The notes beneath the pieces were generated by a model. The model searched no databases and was not told where the DNA came from. It was given only the letters and a program-made list of their open reading frames with translations. 36,691 nt of DNA, taken from positions 1 through 36,691 of IMG/VR virus record IMGVR_UViG_3300045988_081277. One strand, given 5' to 3'. The DNA comes from a virus. The position numbers and the translations under genes are program-made. Positions 15,185-25,061 of the stretch are shown in pieces. Position 1 is the first letter of the stretch, and each line of letters starts with the position of its first letter.

Positions 15185-17791
15185 ATGGCACAATCATTCA
15201 GCGTTAAAGCGGTATTGCAGGCTGTTGATGAAAACTTTACGTCAACTACAAACAAAGCTATGCAGGCAATGCAAAAGCTACAATCAGCAAGTGATACTGC
15301 ATCAAACGGCATGAGCAAAAACGCAAACTCAATGAGTAGCACATTCAAATCGATGGCCGGAGCTATGGGAGTTGTTCAAATTGCTGGTAAGGCTTTTGAT
15401 GTTGTTAAGGACTCATTAGATGGAGCCATTAGTCGTTTTGATACTTTGAATAAGTATCCGGTTGTTATGAAGGCTCTGGGCTATTCAGCGAGGGACGTCT
15501 CTAAGTCAACTAAATTGTTAAGCAATGGAATTGATGGATTGCCAACGTCGCTAGATGAGATCACCTCAAGTGCTCAACAGTTAGCACCCCTTGTTGGTAG
15601 CTCTCAAAAGGCTGCAAAATCAGCTTTAGCACTTAACAACGCTTTCCTAGCCAGTGGAGCAAGTGCCGGAGATGCAAGCCGTGGACTTACACAATACACA
15701 CAAATGTTATCTACCGGTAAAGTCGATATGATGAGCTGGCGGACGTTAATGGAAACCATGCCTATCGCCTTGCGCAAGGTGGCTAATTCGTTTGGCTATA
15801 CTGGAAAATCGGCAGAAACAGACTTATACAACGCTTTACAAAAAGGCAAAATAAGTGTAGAGCAGTTAAACGATAGGTTCATCAAGCTAAACGGTGGGGC
15901 AAATGGTTTCGCCAGCTTGGCAAAGAAAAACAGTGCCGGAATAGCAACGTCATTCGCCAATTTAAAGAATTCTGTAGTTAAAAATTTAGCTAATATGGTT
16001 ACGGCCATTGACAAAGGATTTGCAAAAGCTGGTTTTGGTTCTATTGCTCAACAATTAGATAACCTTAAGTATGCAATCAATGGAGCATTTACAGCAATAG
16101 GCCCAGTTATTACAAAGGCAGCATCGACAATTTTAAAAACCCTGTCAAGCATTTTTAATTTCGTTAGTCAAAACAAAGATTGGCTTAGCCCTTTGGCGGC
16201 TGGTATAGTTACTTTCATCGCTGCATTTAAAGGCGTTAAAGTTGCCACGAACGGCATTATAGCATTAATGAGTGGTTTGCAGAGCTTGCGGACATTCGTA
16301 CAATTGGTATCCGGTGCAAAGAACTCTCTAAAAGCATTCTTTACACTTTTAGGATTAAACCCGTGGGTTGTATTAATTGCCGGTGTTGCTGCAGCTGTTG
16401 CTGCTTTAGTTTGGTTCTTTACACAAACAAAAACTGGTCAAAGATGGTGGAAAGCGTTTGTTGATTTTCTATCTAACGCATGGCAAGGACTAGTTTCAAT
16501 TGCTCAAAGCGTGTGGAGTGCGATAACAAACGTGTTTACGGTGGCTGTTGATAAAGTCAAAAGTGTATGGAGTGGTATAACTGATTTCTTTTCAAATCTG
16601 TGGCAAGGAATTGTTTCAGTAGCTACACCTATTTGGAATAGTTTAGTAACAGTTATAACTACTGTATGGAATACAATTAAAACAGTAGTTCAAACAGGGA
16701 TTACCGCTATATCAACAGTAATTCAAACTGTTATGACAATACTACAAACGATTTGGTCAACGGTTTGGAATGCGATTGTATTAGTTGCTCAAACTGTATG
16801 GAGTGTGATTACAACAGCAATACAGACAGGAATGACAATGATTTCATCTATAATTCAAGCAACACTTACGATTATTCAAACGGTTTGGTCAACAATTTGG
16901 AACGTACTTGTAATAGTCGCTCAAACAGTTTGGGATATGATTGTAACTGTAATTTCAACAGCTATTAATGTAGTGGCTAGCATAATTCAAGCTATTACAC
17001 AAGCCATTCAAGGCAATTGGTCGGCAGTATGGGACACAATTGCTTCAATTACTGCTTCCGTTTGGAGTAGCATTACATCCGTTGTAAGTGCTGGGATTAA
17101 TGGTGTTAGAAGTGTGATAACATCTGTAATGAATGGCTTAAGTTCTATTGTCAGCACGGTATGGGGTAAGATCAAGAGCATATTCCAAGCCGGCGTAAGT
17201 TTCATCAAGTCAGTCGTTCACATTGACTTAAGCGCACAAGGTGAAGCAATCATGAACTCTTTCCTTGGCGGTTTAAAGTCAGCATGGGAGTCTGTTAAAT
17301 CTTTCGTCAGTGGTATTGGCTCATGGATCAAGAAACATAAAGGCCCTATCAGCTATGACCGTAAGTTGTTAATCCCTGCCGGTATTGCAATCATGAATGG
17401 CTTTAATAAAGGATTGCAAGGCCAATTTGAAACAGTCAAGGCAAATGTATCTAGTATGGCTGGTACGGTTTCTGATGCAGTATCTAGCAATTTAGAAGCA
17501 ATCGCAGTACCAAGCCCAGATACAAGAAACTTTATGGCGACAATGAGTGCTTTACAGAGTGCTAGTCAAAGTCTTTATAGACAGCATTCAGTAAGTTTTG
17601 GCGGGGCTTTCAGTGACAATTTAACAATTGATAGCCCTACTGTGGCACAGGAAAATAACAGTCTATTACGGAAAATAGCAGATAAACAACAGGATATTTA
17701 TCTCGATGGTGATGTGTTAGTCGGTAGTACGTACGATAGATACGATAATCGTTTAGGAAATCGAGTAAATTTAAAAGGTAGGTGGAGCTAA
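15185..17791 (+). CDS. Tape measure protein
   Basis: 868 aa, with a central hydrophobic region and many W-x-x-I/V periodic repeats (TVWSxI...). Position also fits. Confidence 0.9.
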   Translation: MAQSFSVKAVLQAVDENFTSTTNKAMQAMQKLQSASDTASNGMSKNANSMSSTFKSMAGAMGVVQIAGKAFDVVKDSLDGAISRFDTLNKYPVVMKALGYSARDVSKSTKLLSNGIDGLPTSLDEITSSAQQLAPLVGSSQKAAKSALALNNAFLASGASAGDASRGLTQYTQMLSTGKVDMMSWRTLMETMPIALRKVANSFGYTGKSAETDLYNALQKGKISVEQLNDRFIKLNGGANGFASLAKKNSAGIATSFANLKNSVVKNLANMVTAIDKGFAKAGFGSIAQQLDNLKYAINGAFTAIGPVITKAASTILKTLSSIFNFVSQNKDWLSPLAAGIVTFIAAFKGVKVATNGIIALMSGLQSLRTFVQLVSGAKNSLKAFFTLLGLNPWVVLIAGVAAAVAALVWFFTQTKTGQRWWKAFVDFLSNAWQGLVSIAQSVWSAITNVFTVAVDKVKSVWSGITDFFSNLWQGIVSVATPIWNSLVTVITTVWNTIKTVVQTGITAISTVIQTVMTILQTIWSTVWNAIVLVAQTVWSVITTAIQTGMTMISSIIQATLTIIQTVWSTIWNVLVIVAQTVWDMIVTVISTAINVVASIIQAITQAIQGNWSAVWDTIASITASVWSSITSVVSAGINGVRSVITSVMNGLSSIVSTVWGKIKSIFQAGVSFIKSVVHIDLSAQGEAIMNSFLGGLKSAWESVKSFVSGIGSWIKKHKGPISYDRKLLIPAGIAIMNGFNKGLQGQFETVKANVSSMAGTVSDAVSSNLEAIAVPSPDTRNFMATMSALQSASQSLYRQHSVSFGGAFSDNLTIDSPTVAQENNSLLRKIADKQQDIYLDGDVLVGSTYDRYDNRLGNRVNLKGRWS

Positions 17792-18552
17792 TGCAGTATG
17801 AGTTTAGAAACCTCGATCCTATAGAGGAGAAAGCCAAGTCAAACATAGCAAGCGAAGGCTTTGTCTTTAACAATTACGATACACGCTTAAATGGCTGGTG
17901 GTTAACTGAACGAACAGCTCCAACACCTGAAGAACAGGAGATTACCGAAAGTGTGCCGTATCGTCAAGGCAGTTATGACTTCTCAATGATTGATAATGAA
18001 CGGTTTTTCAACAACCGAGAAATCACATACAAGTTGCTATATGTTGGCGAAGAGTACCACAATCGCAAAGGTTTTGAGCAAGAACTAAAGCGTCAACTAA
18101 TGCCACACAATTGGGACAAATTAGTTGATACACACGAGCCGACTTATTATTGGCGGGCCAAGTGTAAGAGTGTTGAAATTGACGATAACAGCGATAATGA
18201 AACATTAGAAGCGACAATCGTGTTTACAGCGTACCCTTATGCTTACACAAACCATAATGAAGGTGCTGATTATTGGGATGACGTTTTCTTTCCTCATTGG
18301 ATATGGCAACAAGTCAAGTTCAGCGTCAATGGTAGCCAGGACGTCAACGTCAAAAACATTGGCTCACGGCCGGTTTTATCGTCTTTTGTGGTAACTGGGA
18401 ACGTCAAAGCAAAAGGGAGCTTTGGTGAAGTGTCGTTAAATGACAGTAACTACAAGCAAACACAAGTAGTGCTTGATATTGGTGATAACAAAATCAACTT
18501 GTCTGGCAACGGCACAATCGAGTTTATCTTTAAACGCGAGGAGATGGTTTAA
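17791..18552 (+). CDS. Distal tail protein (Dit, siphovirus tail component)
   Basis: Assigned by synteny after the tape measure gene. ATG 17791 overlaps the tape measure stop (TAATG) and follows aggtggag. Confidence 0.75.
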   Translation: MQYEFRNLDPIEEKAKSNIASEGFVFNNYDTRLNGWWLTERTAPTPEEQEITESVPYRQGSYDFSMIDNERFFNNREITYKLLYVGEEYHNRKGFEQELKRQLMPHNWDKLVDTHEPTYYWRAKCKSVEIDDNSDNETLEATIVFTAYPYAYTNHNEGADYWDDVFFPHWIWQQVKFSVNGSQDVNVKNIGSRPVLSSFVVTGNVKAKGSFGEVSLNDSNYKQTQVVLDIGDNKINLSGNGTIEFIFKREEMV

Positions 18553-20849
18553 TGTATCAAATTATCGGATATAACGAGCCAACCGACAAGAATGGCTTTA
18601 TCGTGCTTGATCAACGAGTTAATCGCACGGTTAGCGAAGGCAAGTTAACGATCAAAGAAACCGATATTGATGACCTGGAGCTCACTGTAAACCGTGATAG
18701 TTTGCTGTTTGATAACGTTAGGCCAATGCACACGCACGTTGAAGTATACGACGATGATAAGCTGTTGTTTCGAGGCCGAGCAATCAAGCCAAAGAAAGAA
18801 ATGCAATCAAGCGGGAATTTTATTAGAACGTACGTGTTCGAGGATATTGAAGCATACCTGCTTGATAGTGTTCAGCGGTTTTATGAAGCTGTTGGATTGA
18901 AGCCAAAAGAGTTTCTACAGTCACTATTGGATGTTCACAACAGCCAAGTGCCACAGTACAAACAATTCAAGTTGCGCAACTGTAACGTTGTTAACAGCAA
19001 AGATGATGCTTACCGACAAATTGATTATCCCAAAACACGGGACGCAATCAAAGACAAGCTAATTAACGAGTTAGGCGGCTATCTAGTAACAGAATATAGG
19101 CCAGGCGGGCCAAATGTGCTTGACTATGTAACTGATATTGGCAGCGATCATAAGAACGATACACCTATTCAGTTAGCGGTCAACATGCAATCCGCGAGTC
19201 TTACGATTGATCCCACAAAAGTTATAACCAGGCTTATACCTTTAGGAAAACAGTTAGAAAGTAACAAGGTTGAAGTTGACGGTGAAAGCTCAACAGTAAC
19301 GACTGGCGGCGGTGCAACTACCGCTATTAATGGTGATTGGACTGAAGCAATTAAGCATGCTGCAAAGATGATGAATGTTAACCTTGATCAGAATGGCTTG
19401 AGCGCCGTTTTAAGGCGTATTAATCAAGAGTCTGGCGGTAGTGAGACTGTTACAAACAACTGGGACAGTAATGCAGCAGCAGGCCATCCATCAACCGGTT
19501 TACTTCAGTATATTCAGCCAACTTTTGACGCTTGGAAGGTACAAGGATATGAAGATATCCACAAAGGCTTTCATCAGCTTTTAGCATTGTTTAATGACTC
19601 TAATTGGCTAGCCGATATCTCACGCGCTGGTGGTTGGGGCCCAACTGGTACACGACGAGTTAATGGACCTGTGAGTGATACCACAACGACAACAACATCA
19701 AACAGCTGGGGTTGGCCATTTCCTAGTGTTGGTGAAGGTGGCTTCTCTGGAGGTCAATTATTTGGCGTTCACCCCGGCGGTGAATTTAGACCCAATGGTT
19801 TTCATGACGGTTTAGATTTTGGATCTGTAGATCATCCGGGTAGTGAAATACACGCTATCCATGGCGGTACAGTGGTTTTCAAAGGCTATATGGGCGGCCT
19901 TGGTAATTATGTTGTGACACATAGTACTGACGGCTTTAATATCGTATATCAAGAAGCTTTTAGCAGTGCTAACCAAATTCGAGTAAGCATTGGTGATAAA
20001 GTCAAGACTGGTGATGTTATTGGTTGGCGAGATACTAGCCACTTACACATTGGCGTTACTAAAGCTGACTTTTACGAAGCTGTCAGGAAATCATTCACGA
20101 ATGATGGGACGTGGTTAGACCCGCAAGCATTGATAAAAAAAGGTGGCGATGGCTCACAATCTAAAGATGAAAGTAAAAAAGATGAGATTAGTGACTCAAA
20201 TGCTGCTAAGCCCAAACTAACAATTACTAGTGTTAATGGTGGGCGTGATTATATTGATATACCAGATTTGCAAAAGGAATTCGGTATTATCTGTGGTACA
20301 GTTGAGTTCAGTGAGGTAACCGATGCTAATGTTCTAATGAGCCAAGCGAAAGCATGGATAAACGCACAACGAGTACCAGAAAATTGGGAAGTTAGTGCAA
20401 TCGAACTGAATTTACCTAATTTCAACCATTTCAAAGTTGCTGACCGATATATGTTTATCAATCCATACGTTGCACAAACTCAGTCATTACGAGTTGTACA
20501 GAAAGAAATTGATCTATTAAGGCCGCACAAATCAACGTTAACCATTGGCGATAAATCATTAGGGTTGACTGATTATCAGGCAGAAACAAACCGACAATCT
20601 CAAGATTTAGAGCGAGTCAAGGTTATTGTTGGCCGTGTAGCTGAGGTCCAAGCAAGTGGACAATCTAACGTATCAAGCACTACTACAATCATTCAGAATG
20701 GAGCAAGCAGTGAAGATGTAACACAGCTTAAGTTTGATATAAAACAGCTGCAAACGGTTATCAATGACAGAATTCCAGCAGGATATGTATCACAAGCGGA
20801 CTTCAATGCACTAAAGGCCGAAGTTGATAAGTTGAAGGGAGAAGGTTAA
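18552..20849 (+). CDS. Tail-associated lysin (Tal) with lytic transglycosylase-like and M23 peptidase domains
   Basis: INQESGGSETVTNNWDSNAAAGHPSTGLLQYIQPTF is SLT-like. GFHDGLDFG...HAIHGG...SHLHIGV is the M23 HxxxD/HxH pattern. The N-terminal region is typical of prophage tail endopeptidases. Confidence 0.85.
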   Translation: MYQIIGYNEPTDKNGFIVLDQRVNRTVSEGKLTIKETDIDDLELTVNRDSLLFDNVRPMHTHVEVYDDDKLLFRGRAIKPKKEMQSSGNFIRTYVFEDIEAYLLDSVQRFYEAVGLKPKEFLQSLLDVHNSQVPQYKQFKLRNCNVVNSKDDAYRQIDYPKTRDAIKDKLINELGGYLVTEYRPGGPNVLDYVTDIGSDHKNDTPIQLAVNMQSASLTIDPTKVITRLIPLGKQLESNKVEVDGESSTVTTGGGATTAINGDWTEAIKHAAKMMNVNLDQNGLSAVLRRINQESGGSETVTNNWDSNAAAGHPSTGLLQYIQPTFDAWKVQGYEDIHKGFHQLLALFNDSNWLADISRAGGWGPTGTRRVNGPVSDTTTTTTSNSWGWPFPSVGEGGFSGGQLFGVHPGGEFRPNGFHDGLDFGSVDHPGSEIHAIHGGTVVFKGYMGGLGNYVVTHSTDGFNIVYQEAFSSANQIRVSIGDKVKTGDVIGWRDTSHLHIGVTKADFYEAVRKSFTNDGTWLDPQALIKKGGDGSQSKDESKKDEISDSNAAKPKLTITSVNGGRDYIDIPDLQKEFGIICGTVEFSEVTDANVLMSQAKAWINAQRVPENWEVSAIELNLPNFNHFKVADRYMFINPYVAQTQSLRVVQKEIDLLRPHKSTLTIGDKSLGLTDYQAETNRQSQDLERVKVIVGRVAEVQASGQSNVSSTTTIIQNGASSEDVTQLKFDIKQLQTVINDRIPAGYVSQADFNALKAEVDKLKGEG

Positions 20850-21026
20850 ATGGCTACTACTGATGAGATGAAGAGCATCGCTGAAACAATCCGTAAGGCC
20901 CAATATGGTAAGGATGTTCGGGAAGCTATAGCAAAAGGTTTTGAACTGTTAGCTGCAAAGCAGGACAAAGTGGATGGCTTCTTGAGTTCGTATGGGCTGG
21001 ATGAAGACACTATAGATGAACAATGA
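20850..21026 (+). CDS. Small tail/baseplate-associated protein (58 aa; not in the supplied ORF track)
   Basis: It reads MATTDEMKSIAETIRKAQYGKDVREAIAKGFELLAAKQDKVDGF.... The start abuts the Tal stop (TAAATG). The YGKDVREAIAKG motif recurs at N-termini of phage tail fibre and baseplate proteins. Confidence 0.55.
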   Translation: MATTDEMKSIAETIRKAQYGKDVREAIAKGFELLAAKQDKVDGFLSSYGLDEDTIDEQ

Positions 21027-21042
21027 AAGAGGGAGTGAATAA

Positions 21043-22392
21043 ATGGCTTTACGAGAGAAAGCACGGCTAACGCTTGATCTAACACGATATCAAGACCAAG
21101 TTTTAGATATTAGTGGTTATTTCAAAGGCCGTGTAGGAGACACAGACGACAATTTGCCAGTGTATATCACTAGCAACGGCTTGCCAGTTAATATGAGCGG
21201 CTGGAAATATGAGTACGGCGGGGTAGATAATCAAGGATACGCGCATAAACATATCTATCCAGTAAGAGGTGATGACCGTAACGACCAAATTATGTTGGGA
21301 CGAGTAACGCTGCACTTTGACGAACATACGTTTAACGTTCCTGGACGCTGGCAACAATTCTATGTCAGATTTATTGGTAAAGATGGTTCGACCGTATCAA
21401 CTGTTGATATGGATTTCAATGTTATTGATGATCAGTTTTTCGCACACATTGGGAACGCTGGCAGAGATTACATTGATGAATTCGAAAAAGTTTTGGATCA
21501 AGTAACTAACAAAGGTGAAACGATCAAAAGTGAGCTCACTGAAAAAGGCGAAACATATAGTCGAGAGTTTAGTGAGTGGCTAGCTAAATACAAGCAATCA
21601 TTAAATGATGCAATGGCAGAAATCAATGATCCTAAAAATGGTTTGTACATTCGCTATAATCAATTGTTAGAAATGACAAAACAAATTCAAGAAACACTGA
21701 AGCAAGCCCAATTCCATGATCGAGTATGGCAATTCAGTGATGTTCCAACCATGCAAGCCTATACTCCACTAGCTGCAGGCGATCTTGCAATCACAAAAGG
21801 CTGGGACAACTATGACGATGGGCATGGAGCTGTTTGGCAAATTCGCGTTAAACATAAGGATGAAGTTCCAGATGGCGCTAACGTCATCGCGTTAGCAAAT
21901 GGTGTGGTTGCTGAACGTAATGCAAGTATAGTAACAGCTGACAGTTTAGAAGAATTAATGTACGGCTACAAAATCACAATCGTGCATAATCAGAAAGACT
22001 ATCCTAAACCAACTGTATTCTACTATGAAAATGCGATTGGTACTGAAATCGGTGGTTTAGGTTCTGGCTCATTCGGTGAAACTCTAACTAAGTTAATTCC
22101 TTGCGAAGCTGAGTATACAAATAACAACTCAATTGTTGTACGCATACCACGCAATTTTTACATGAACGCTGCACCATTCTACAAGTATGGTGATTGGTAT
22201 TTGAGAAGTGAGAACAAAGTGATTAAAATTAGTCTAGGTGATGTTGATGATGCTGCTGCTAAGACTGGAGACGGCAAAGGAAAAAGCACTCTTGCCGGCG
22301 GATCTGGTTACTTTAGCAAGCCAACAAGTCCCTCCGACTTACGTGCTAGCTATATCGATCAACATACACCACGCCTAGAATGGCGTAAATAA
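21043..22392 (+). CDS. Baseplate upper protein / receptor-binding-complex protein (BppU N-terminal domain)
   Basis: LTLDLTRYQDQVLDISGYFKGRVGDTDDNLPVYITSNGLPVNMSGW matches the BppU_N pattern. Position after Tal also fits. Confidence 0.7.
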   Translation: MALREKARLTLDLTRYQDQVLDISGYFKGRVGDTDDNLPVYITSNGLPVNMSGWKYEYGGVDNQGYAHKHIYPVRGDDRNDQIMLGRVTLHFDEHTFNVPGRWQQFYVRFIGKDGSTVSTVDMDFNVIDDQFFAHIGNAGRDYIDEFEKVLDQVTNKGETIKSELTEKGETYSREFSEWLAKYKQSLNDAMAEINDPKNGLYIRYNQLLEMTKQIQETLKQAQFHDRVWQFSDVPTMQAYTPLAAGDLAITKGWDNYDDGHGAVWQIRVKHKDEVPDGANVIALANGVVAERNASIVTADSLEELMYGYKITIVHNQKDYPKPTVFYYENAIGTEIGGLGSGSFGETLTKLIPCEAEYTNNNSIVVRIPRNFYMNAAPFYKYGDWYLRSENKVIKISLGDVDDAAAKTGDGKGKSTLAGGSGYFSKPTSPSDLRASYIDQHTPRLEWRK

Positions 22393-22414
22393 AAAAGAAA
22401 GAAGGAACATAACC

Positions 22415-22807
22415 ATGGCAATAGATTTTGAACCTATTTTTTCTGAAATGCAAAATGGTCCAGAAAAAATCAAAGAAAATTTTGATAAAGTAAACAATGG
22501 CTTACTTTGGGGACAACCACAGAACTTTGTAAATTTAGAAGGGATTGGTAATTCCAATTCTTACAAAGTTAGAAATGATGGGAGCTTAGTCTCAATAACA
22601 ATGTATATTACTGGCGATGGGAATGGATCGTGCTATTTACCAGTATCAATTTCAAAAAAGCTTGATTATAATTCAATAGTTGGGCGTACAGACAATAAAG
22701 GAATTGGCTATATGAACATTAATTCTGCTACTGGCAAATGTACGTTCTACAAACCAGATACATCAGGAATGTATATCCAAGCATTAATCCCATTGATAGA
22801 ACACTAG
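22415..22807 (+). CDS. Hypothetical tail/baseplate protein (possible receptor-binding head)
   Basis: Assigned by position only. RBS gaaggaacataaccATG. Confidence 0.5.
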   Translation: MAIDFEPIFSEMQNGPEKIKENFDKVNNGLLWGQPQNFVNLEGIGNSNSYKVRNDGSLVSITMYITGDGNGSCYLPVSISKKLDYNSIVGRTDNKGIGYMNINSATGKCTFYKPDTSGMYIQALIPLIEH

Positions 22808-22818
22808 GAGGAGAACAA

Positions 22819-23289
22819 ATGAAGAAAGTATATTTTTATGATAATTCCACAAAGGAATTTGCTGGCTATGATGTAATTGATGATGCTGCAGAAATTCCAG
22901 CTAACGCCACAACAATAGAGCCCACTGGCTTGTATGCTCCAACATGGAACAAAAATAAAAATTCTTGGGATAGTTTGACAAAGGAAGAATGGGACCAAAA
23001 GCATCCTGTTCCAGTACCAAAGCCAACACCAGAACAAATACAATTAGCGGCTTTAACTAAGCAAGTTATGGCATTACAAGCAGCAGCTGCACAACAAGAA
23101 TCAACGGATCCAAAAGAAACAAGCGAAGTAAACGAAGCAATGTATGCAATGTTTAAGGCGTACTATCCACTAGGATTATTTACTGTTGATGATTGCCGCT
23201 TAGCTGTTAAAGTTCATTATTTTGGCAAGAAAGAATTTAAAGAAATTACTGGCCAAGATTATGATACACCAGAGGCTCCAGTAGCTTAA
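22819..23289 (+). CDS. Hypothetical protein, tail-fibre-assembly-like N-terminus
   Basis: taggaggagaacaaATG. YFYDNSTKEFAGY...ANATTIEPTGLYAPTWNKNKNSW resembles Tfa-type chaperone N-termini. Confidence 0.5.
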   Translation: MKKVYFYDNSTKEFAGYDVIDDAAEIPANATTIEPTGLYAPTWNKNKNSWDSLTKEEWDQKHPVPVPKPTPEQIQLAALTKQVMALQAAAAQQESTDPKETSEVNEAMYAMFKAYYPLGLFTVDDCRLAVKVHYFGKKEFKEITGQDYDTPEAPVA

Positions 23290-23333
23290 GATAATGACAG
23301 GGTGGGCGGGTAGGATTAAGCAGGTGAGTATAT

Positions 23334-23642
23334 GTGCATTCATTATTAGGATATTCATGGACGGATATTGCGGCGATGTTGGCGGCTGTTTCTGCTCTTT
23401 TTGGCGGAGTCTGTTGGCTAATTAAACGTGGTGCTGACGTGATAAACATGGCAATTAATGCCGGGACATTCCCACTACAACAACAGTTTAAAGAACTAAC
23501 CAATACGATCAAGCAACTTAACAACAATCTCGAAGAGCAGCACAGAGACTTAGAGGAAGTAAGAAGAGAAGTTGGTAGGCACCATGACGTATTGATTGAA
23601 TTTAAAAATCGAATTGAAAATTTGGAGGATGGCAAAAAGTGA
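23334..23642 (+). CDS. Membrane/coiled-coil protein of the lysis region (XhlA-like?)
   Basis: An N-terminal TM helix (IAAMLAAVSALFGGVCWLI) is followed by a coiled coil. GTG start, directly upstream of the holin. Confidence 0.55.
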   Translation: MHSLLGYSWTDIAAMLAAVSALFGGVCWLIKRGADVINMAINAGTFPLQQQFKELTNTIKQLNNNLEEQHRDLEEVRREVGRHHDVLIEFKNRIENLEDGKK

Positions 23643-23998
23643 AAATTATCAATGATATCATCGAATGGTTAATACAGACGGGTTTATTATCTGTGTTGGC
23701 TATTTTTTTACTTAAACAGCTCAAACCAGTTTTAGATAATAAGGCTGAACATGCATCCACTGAGCAATCTAAAGCACTTTGGATGCTACTTGAACAAGTG
23801 GCGGATATGGCAGTTACAAGCTTAGTTGGCCAAGATAAGAGTGGACGTGAAAAGTTTGATGAAGCTAGTATGATTGTTAATGATGTTATGAAGAAACAAG
23901 GATATAAATTAGACTCACAAGTTATCCACACCGCTGTTCAGTCAGCTTACGAGAAATCAGATTTAACACCAACCGTTAAAATTAAGGAGGATAAATAA
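23639..23998 (+). CDS. Holin, LL-H family
   Basis: An N-terminal TM helix and the long charged C-terminal region are typical of LL-H holins. It lies immediately upstream of the endolysin. GTG start overlaps the upstream stop. Confidence 0.75.
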   Translation: MKIINDIIEWLIQTGLLSVLAIFLLKQLKPVLDNKAEHASTEQSKALWMLLEQVADMAVTSLVGQDKSGREKFDEASMIVNDVMKKQGYKLDSQVIHTAVQSAYEKSDLTPTVKIKEDK

Positions 23999-24000
23999 TA

Positions 24001-24930
24001 ATGGTTATGTACACAGTAGACGTTTATTCAGGGTCAGATGATAGTATCATTCGCGATCCACACGCTCAAGGCGTAATTGTGAAGGCTACTCAAGGCACAG
24101 GATATGTTAATCCAAAGTGTAATCACCAATGGGATCTAGCCGGAGAACTTGGTAAAAAGCGTGGCTTGTATCATTATGCTGGCGGTGGTGATCCAGTAGC
24201 AGAAGCACAATATTTTATCAATAATATCAAGAACTATGTAGGTCAAGGTATGCTAGCGATTGACTGGGAAAAATATCAAAATTCAGCATTTGGAAATACT
24301 AACTGGGTTCGTCAATTCGTAGATGAAGTACACCGCCTAACTGGTGTATGGTGTGTAATTTACGTTTCAGAGTCTGCATTATGGCAAGTAGCCAACTGTG
24401 CCAAAGATTGCGCGGTTTGGGTAGCCAAGTATGCATCTATGGACTGGAACTCTTGGACGGTGCCAAATATGAATGTGTCTAGTGGTGCTTTTGCTTCAAT
24501 TGCTGGTTGGCAATATACAGGTGGAGATATGGATAGATCTATCTGGTATCTGGATGCTAACGCTTGGGATAAGTTTGCTAAGGCTGGATCAAAGCCACAA
24601 ACTGAAGCGCCTAAACCAGCCCCAGCACCTAGCCAAAATAACGCTAAGTATGACTCATGGACTGATGAACTTGGCGTGAAATGGTACAAGGAAGATGGTA
24701 AATTTACTGTTACTGTTGATGAAGGTATTATGTTACGCTGGGGTGCAACAACAAACTCAGCTAAGATCGGTGCTTTGCCTAAAGGCTCAGTCGTTAAATA
24801 CGATGCTTTCTGCCATTCTGGCGCCTATGTATGGATCAGGCAGCCTAGAGGCAACGGACAATATGGTTACTTGCCAACCGGCGTAAGTGTAAATGGTAAG
24901 CGTGTAAATAGCTGGGGCAATTTTGAATAA
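24001..24930 (+). CDS. Endolysin: GH25 muramidase with C-terminal SH3b-like cell-wall-binding domain
   Basis: DVYSG...GVIVKATQGTGYVNP...YHYA...LAIDWE are GH25 motifs. A proline-rich linker (PKPAPAPS) follows, then an SH3-like tail. Confidence 0.9.
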   Translation: MVMYTVDVYSGSDDSIIRDPHAQGVIVKATQGTGYVNPKCNHQWDLAGELGKKRGLYHYAGGGDPVAEAQYFINNIKNYVGQGMLAIDWEKYQNSAFGNTNWVRQFVDEVHRLTGVWCVIYVSESALWQVANCAKDCAVWVAKYASMDWNSWTVPNMNVSSGAFASIAGWQYTGGDMDRSIWYLDANAWDKFAKAGSKPQTEAPKPAPAPSQNNAKYDSWTDELGVKWYKEDGKFTVTVDEGIMLRWGATTNSAKIGALPKGSVVKYDAFCHSGAYVWIRQPRGNGQYGYLPTGVSVNGKRVNSWGNFE

Positions 24931-24936
24931 TGTTTT

Positions 24937-24969
24937 AAGTCTACCTTAAGGGGTAGGCTTATTTTTTTT
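24937..24969 (+). terminator. Rho-independent terminator after the lysis cassette
   Basis: aagtctacc-ttaagg-ggtaggctt followed by atttttttt. Confidence 0.8.
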
Positions 24970-24990
24970 GTGTTTTTTTCAAAAAACCTA

Positions 24991-25018
24991 TTGCAATTTT
25001 ACACATATGTGTTATTAT
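24991..25018 (+). promoter_or_regulatory. Early promoter (TTGCAA, 16 nt, TGtTATTAT) followed by an ATAGTTGTAAGG box
   Basis: It has consensus-like elements, and related copies occur at 4149, 26029, 26151 and 29942. Confidence 0.65.
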
Positions 25019-25061
25019 ATAGTTGTAAGGAAGACATAAACAAACTAAAGGAGCGATTGAA

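Noticed and set aside
16753-16968. Alternative-frame ORFs inside the tape measure gene and other large genes (for example 8484..8672, 18694..18900, 21317..21505, 24473..24886 and 32136..32333).
   Set aside because: They are embedded out of frame in strongly supported genes, have no RBS, and have low-complexity translations. They are chance ORFs.
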